A DNA stretch of 48,117 bases from Chthoniobacteraceae bacterium (GTDB lineage: Bacteria; Verrucomicrobiota; Verrucomicrobiia; Chthoniobacterales; Chthoniobacteraceae). Where the stretch lies: the NCBI GenBank assembly GCA_031409655.1, contig JANNXQ010000213.1, positions 1 through 48,117 of the forward strand. The letters run 5' to 3'. The notes under the pieces were generated by a model, which saw only the letters and a list, made by a program, of their open reading frames with translations, was not told where the DNA came from and did not search any database. A program made the position numbers and the translations under genes. This document shows positions 46,870 to 48,117 of this stretch, piece by piece; the first letter of the stretch is position 1; every line of letters starts with the position of its first letter.

Positions 46870-47814
46870 ATGCTCCGCCTCGCCCTCCTTTCCGCCGCGA
46901 CTTACGGATACAGGGGCGCTCCGCGCACGCTTGGATCGAATCACGGCACCGCTTTTGCCACGACTTTCAATGGCTGGGATGAGGCGAAGGCGAAGGAGTT
47001 CAAGGGGACGTTTGTCCGGTCAGGTCGCCGGGTCGATGGGGCGCGGGTGGTGAAGGTGTGGGATCCGGATAAAGCCGCTGCCCAGCAGCTCGCGGAGGTG
47101 TGCGGGATCGAGCAGGTGGCGGACACGCCGGAGGCGGCGTGCGAGGGGGTGGATGCGGTGCTCATCGTCGATGACGGCAGCGGCACGCAGGTAAAATATG
47201 CGGCGCACCCGCTGCGCAAAGGGGTCCCGGTTTTCTGCGACAAACCGCTCTCCATGACGGCGCGCGAGGCGCAGGCGGTGGCGAAGCTCGTCCGCGAGAC
47301 GAAGACGCGCTTTATGTCCGCGAGTGCGCTGCGCTTCGTGCCGGACATCGTGAAGCTGCGGGAGGAACTCCCAAGCCTTGGTGCGGTGCATCTCGCGAGT
47401 GCGACCTGTGGCAATGAACTCGTCTATTATGGCATCCACGCGCTCTCGATGATCTACGCGGTGCTCGGCGGCGGCGCGGTCTCCGCACTGAATGTCGGGC
47501 AGCCGGGAAGCAACATCGTGCGGCTGCGCTTTGCGAATCATCGCGACGTGGTCCTGATGGTCGCGGAGAAGGAGTGGATGAGAGCCGGGTATCAGATCAA
47601 TCTCTACGGCGAAAAGGGTTGGCGCTCGGTGCAGCCGGATTTGCAGAACTTGTACGCGTATCTGCTCAAGGCCTTTCTCGAACTCTTGAGCACGGGCCAA
47701 GAGAGCGTGCCGGTGGAGGAAGAGGTGGAAGTGATCGCCGCGCTCGAAGCTGGCAAGGATTCGCTGCGTCTGAATCGCGAGGTGACGCTCGCGGAAGTGC
47801 TGAGGCGTGCCTGA
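46870..47814 (+). CDS. Gfo/Idh/MocA family oxidoreductase
   Basis: VDAVLI, PVFCDKPL, MSASALRF, YYGIH. Confidence 0.88.
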   Translation: MLRLALLSAATYGYRGAPRTLGSNHGTAFATTFNGWDEAKAKEFKGTFVRSGRRVDGARVVKVWDPDKAAAQQLAEVCGIEQVADTPEAACEGVDAVLIVDDGSGTQVKYAAHPLRKGVPVFCDKPLSMTAREAQAVAKLVRETKTRFMSASALRFVPDIVKLREELPSLGAVHLASATCGNELVYYGIHALSMIYAVLGGGAVSALNVGQPGSNIVRLRFANHRDVVLMVAEKEWMRAGYQINLYGEKGWRSVQPDLQNLYAYLLKAFLELLSTGQESVPVEEEVEVIAALEAGKDSLRLNREVTLAEVLRRA

Positions 47815-47819
47815 CTGGC

Positions 47820-48117
47820 TTACGCGCCGGTCGCGTAGCGCAGATACCAGGCGAATAGCTCGCTGCCTCCAAAGAGCCAGACGAGCGCACCGAGCGCGAG
47901 ATACGGCCCGAAAGGAATCTTCGCCGACCATTCGCGATGGCCGATGGCGAGCATGAGTCCGCCAATGACGGCGCCGAACGTCGAGCCGGCCATGATCGTG
48001 AAGACGACCGCCTTCCAGCCGAGAAACGCGCCGATACAGGCGATGAATTTCACATCGCCGAAACCCATCGCTTCGCGGGGAAACACCGCTTCGTTGACGA
48101 CCCCGCGGATCACGTCC
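47820..48117 (-). CDS. pilD: Prepilin peptidase (A24) C-terminal part (partial)
   Basis: [10 protein letters not shown]...[16 protein letters not shown]. Confidence 0.9.
   Translation of the reverse strand, partial: DVIRGVVNEAVFPREAMGFGDVKFIACIGAFLGWKAVVFTIMAGSTFGAVIGGLMLAIGHREWSAKIPFGPYLALGALVWLFGGSELFAWYLRYATGA

Overview
GC-rich bacterial DNA; gene families and style suggest Verrucomicrobiota/PVC (inference). Four parts. (1) 1-4.8 kb: PVC-type secreted-protein cluster (DUF1080-like, DUF1592 cytochrome-c protein, DUF1552). (2) About 4.8-14.4 kb: right end of an integrated element carrying an IS630, an array of 10 atypical tRNA genes, a structured RNA and an RNA-repair-type gene set (SPFH, RlaP/YcgL-like nucleotidyltransferase, RtcB, HNH), with a lower-GC Lit/U49-like peptidase insert. 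(3) 14.4-46.8 kb: a ~32 kb island with no visible integrase, bounded by 45-bp direct repeats of the tRNA-Pro(GGG) 3' half. It encodes an ECF sigma, two zinc anti-sigmas, a stand-alone sigma-region-2 mini-protein, and ten copies of GTAAGGA-N14-CGACGAA upstream of redox, envelope and lipid genes. It also carries a RAYT transposase whose GGAG-type REP doublets sit mostly in-frame inside genes, VapBC, and an ATPase+DUF4276 pair flanked by a 128-bp duplication. (4) 46.8-48.1 kb: Gfo/Idh/MocA oxidoreductase and a prepilin peptidase 3' end. All calls are by eye; no database search was run.
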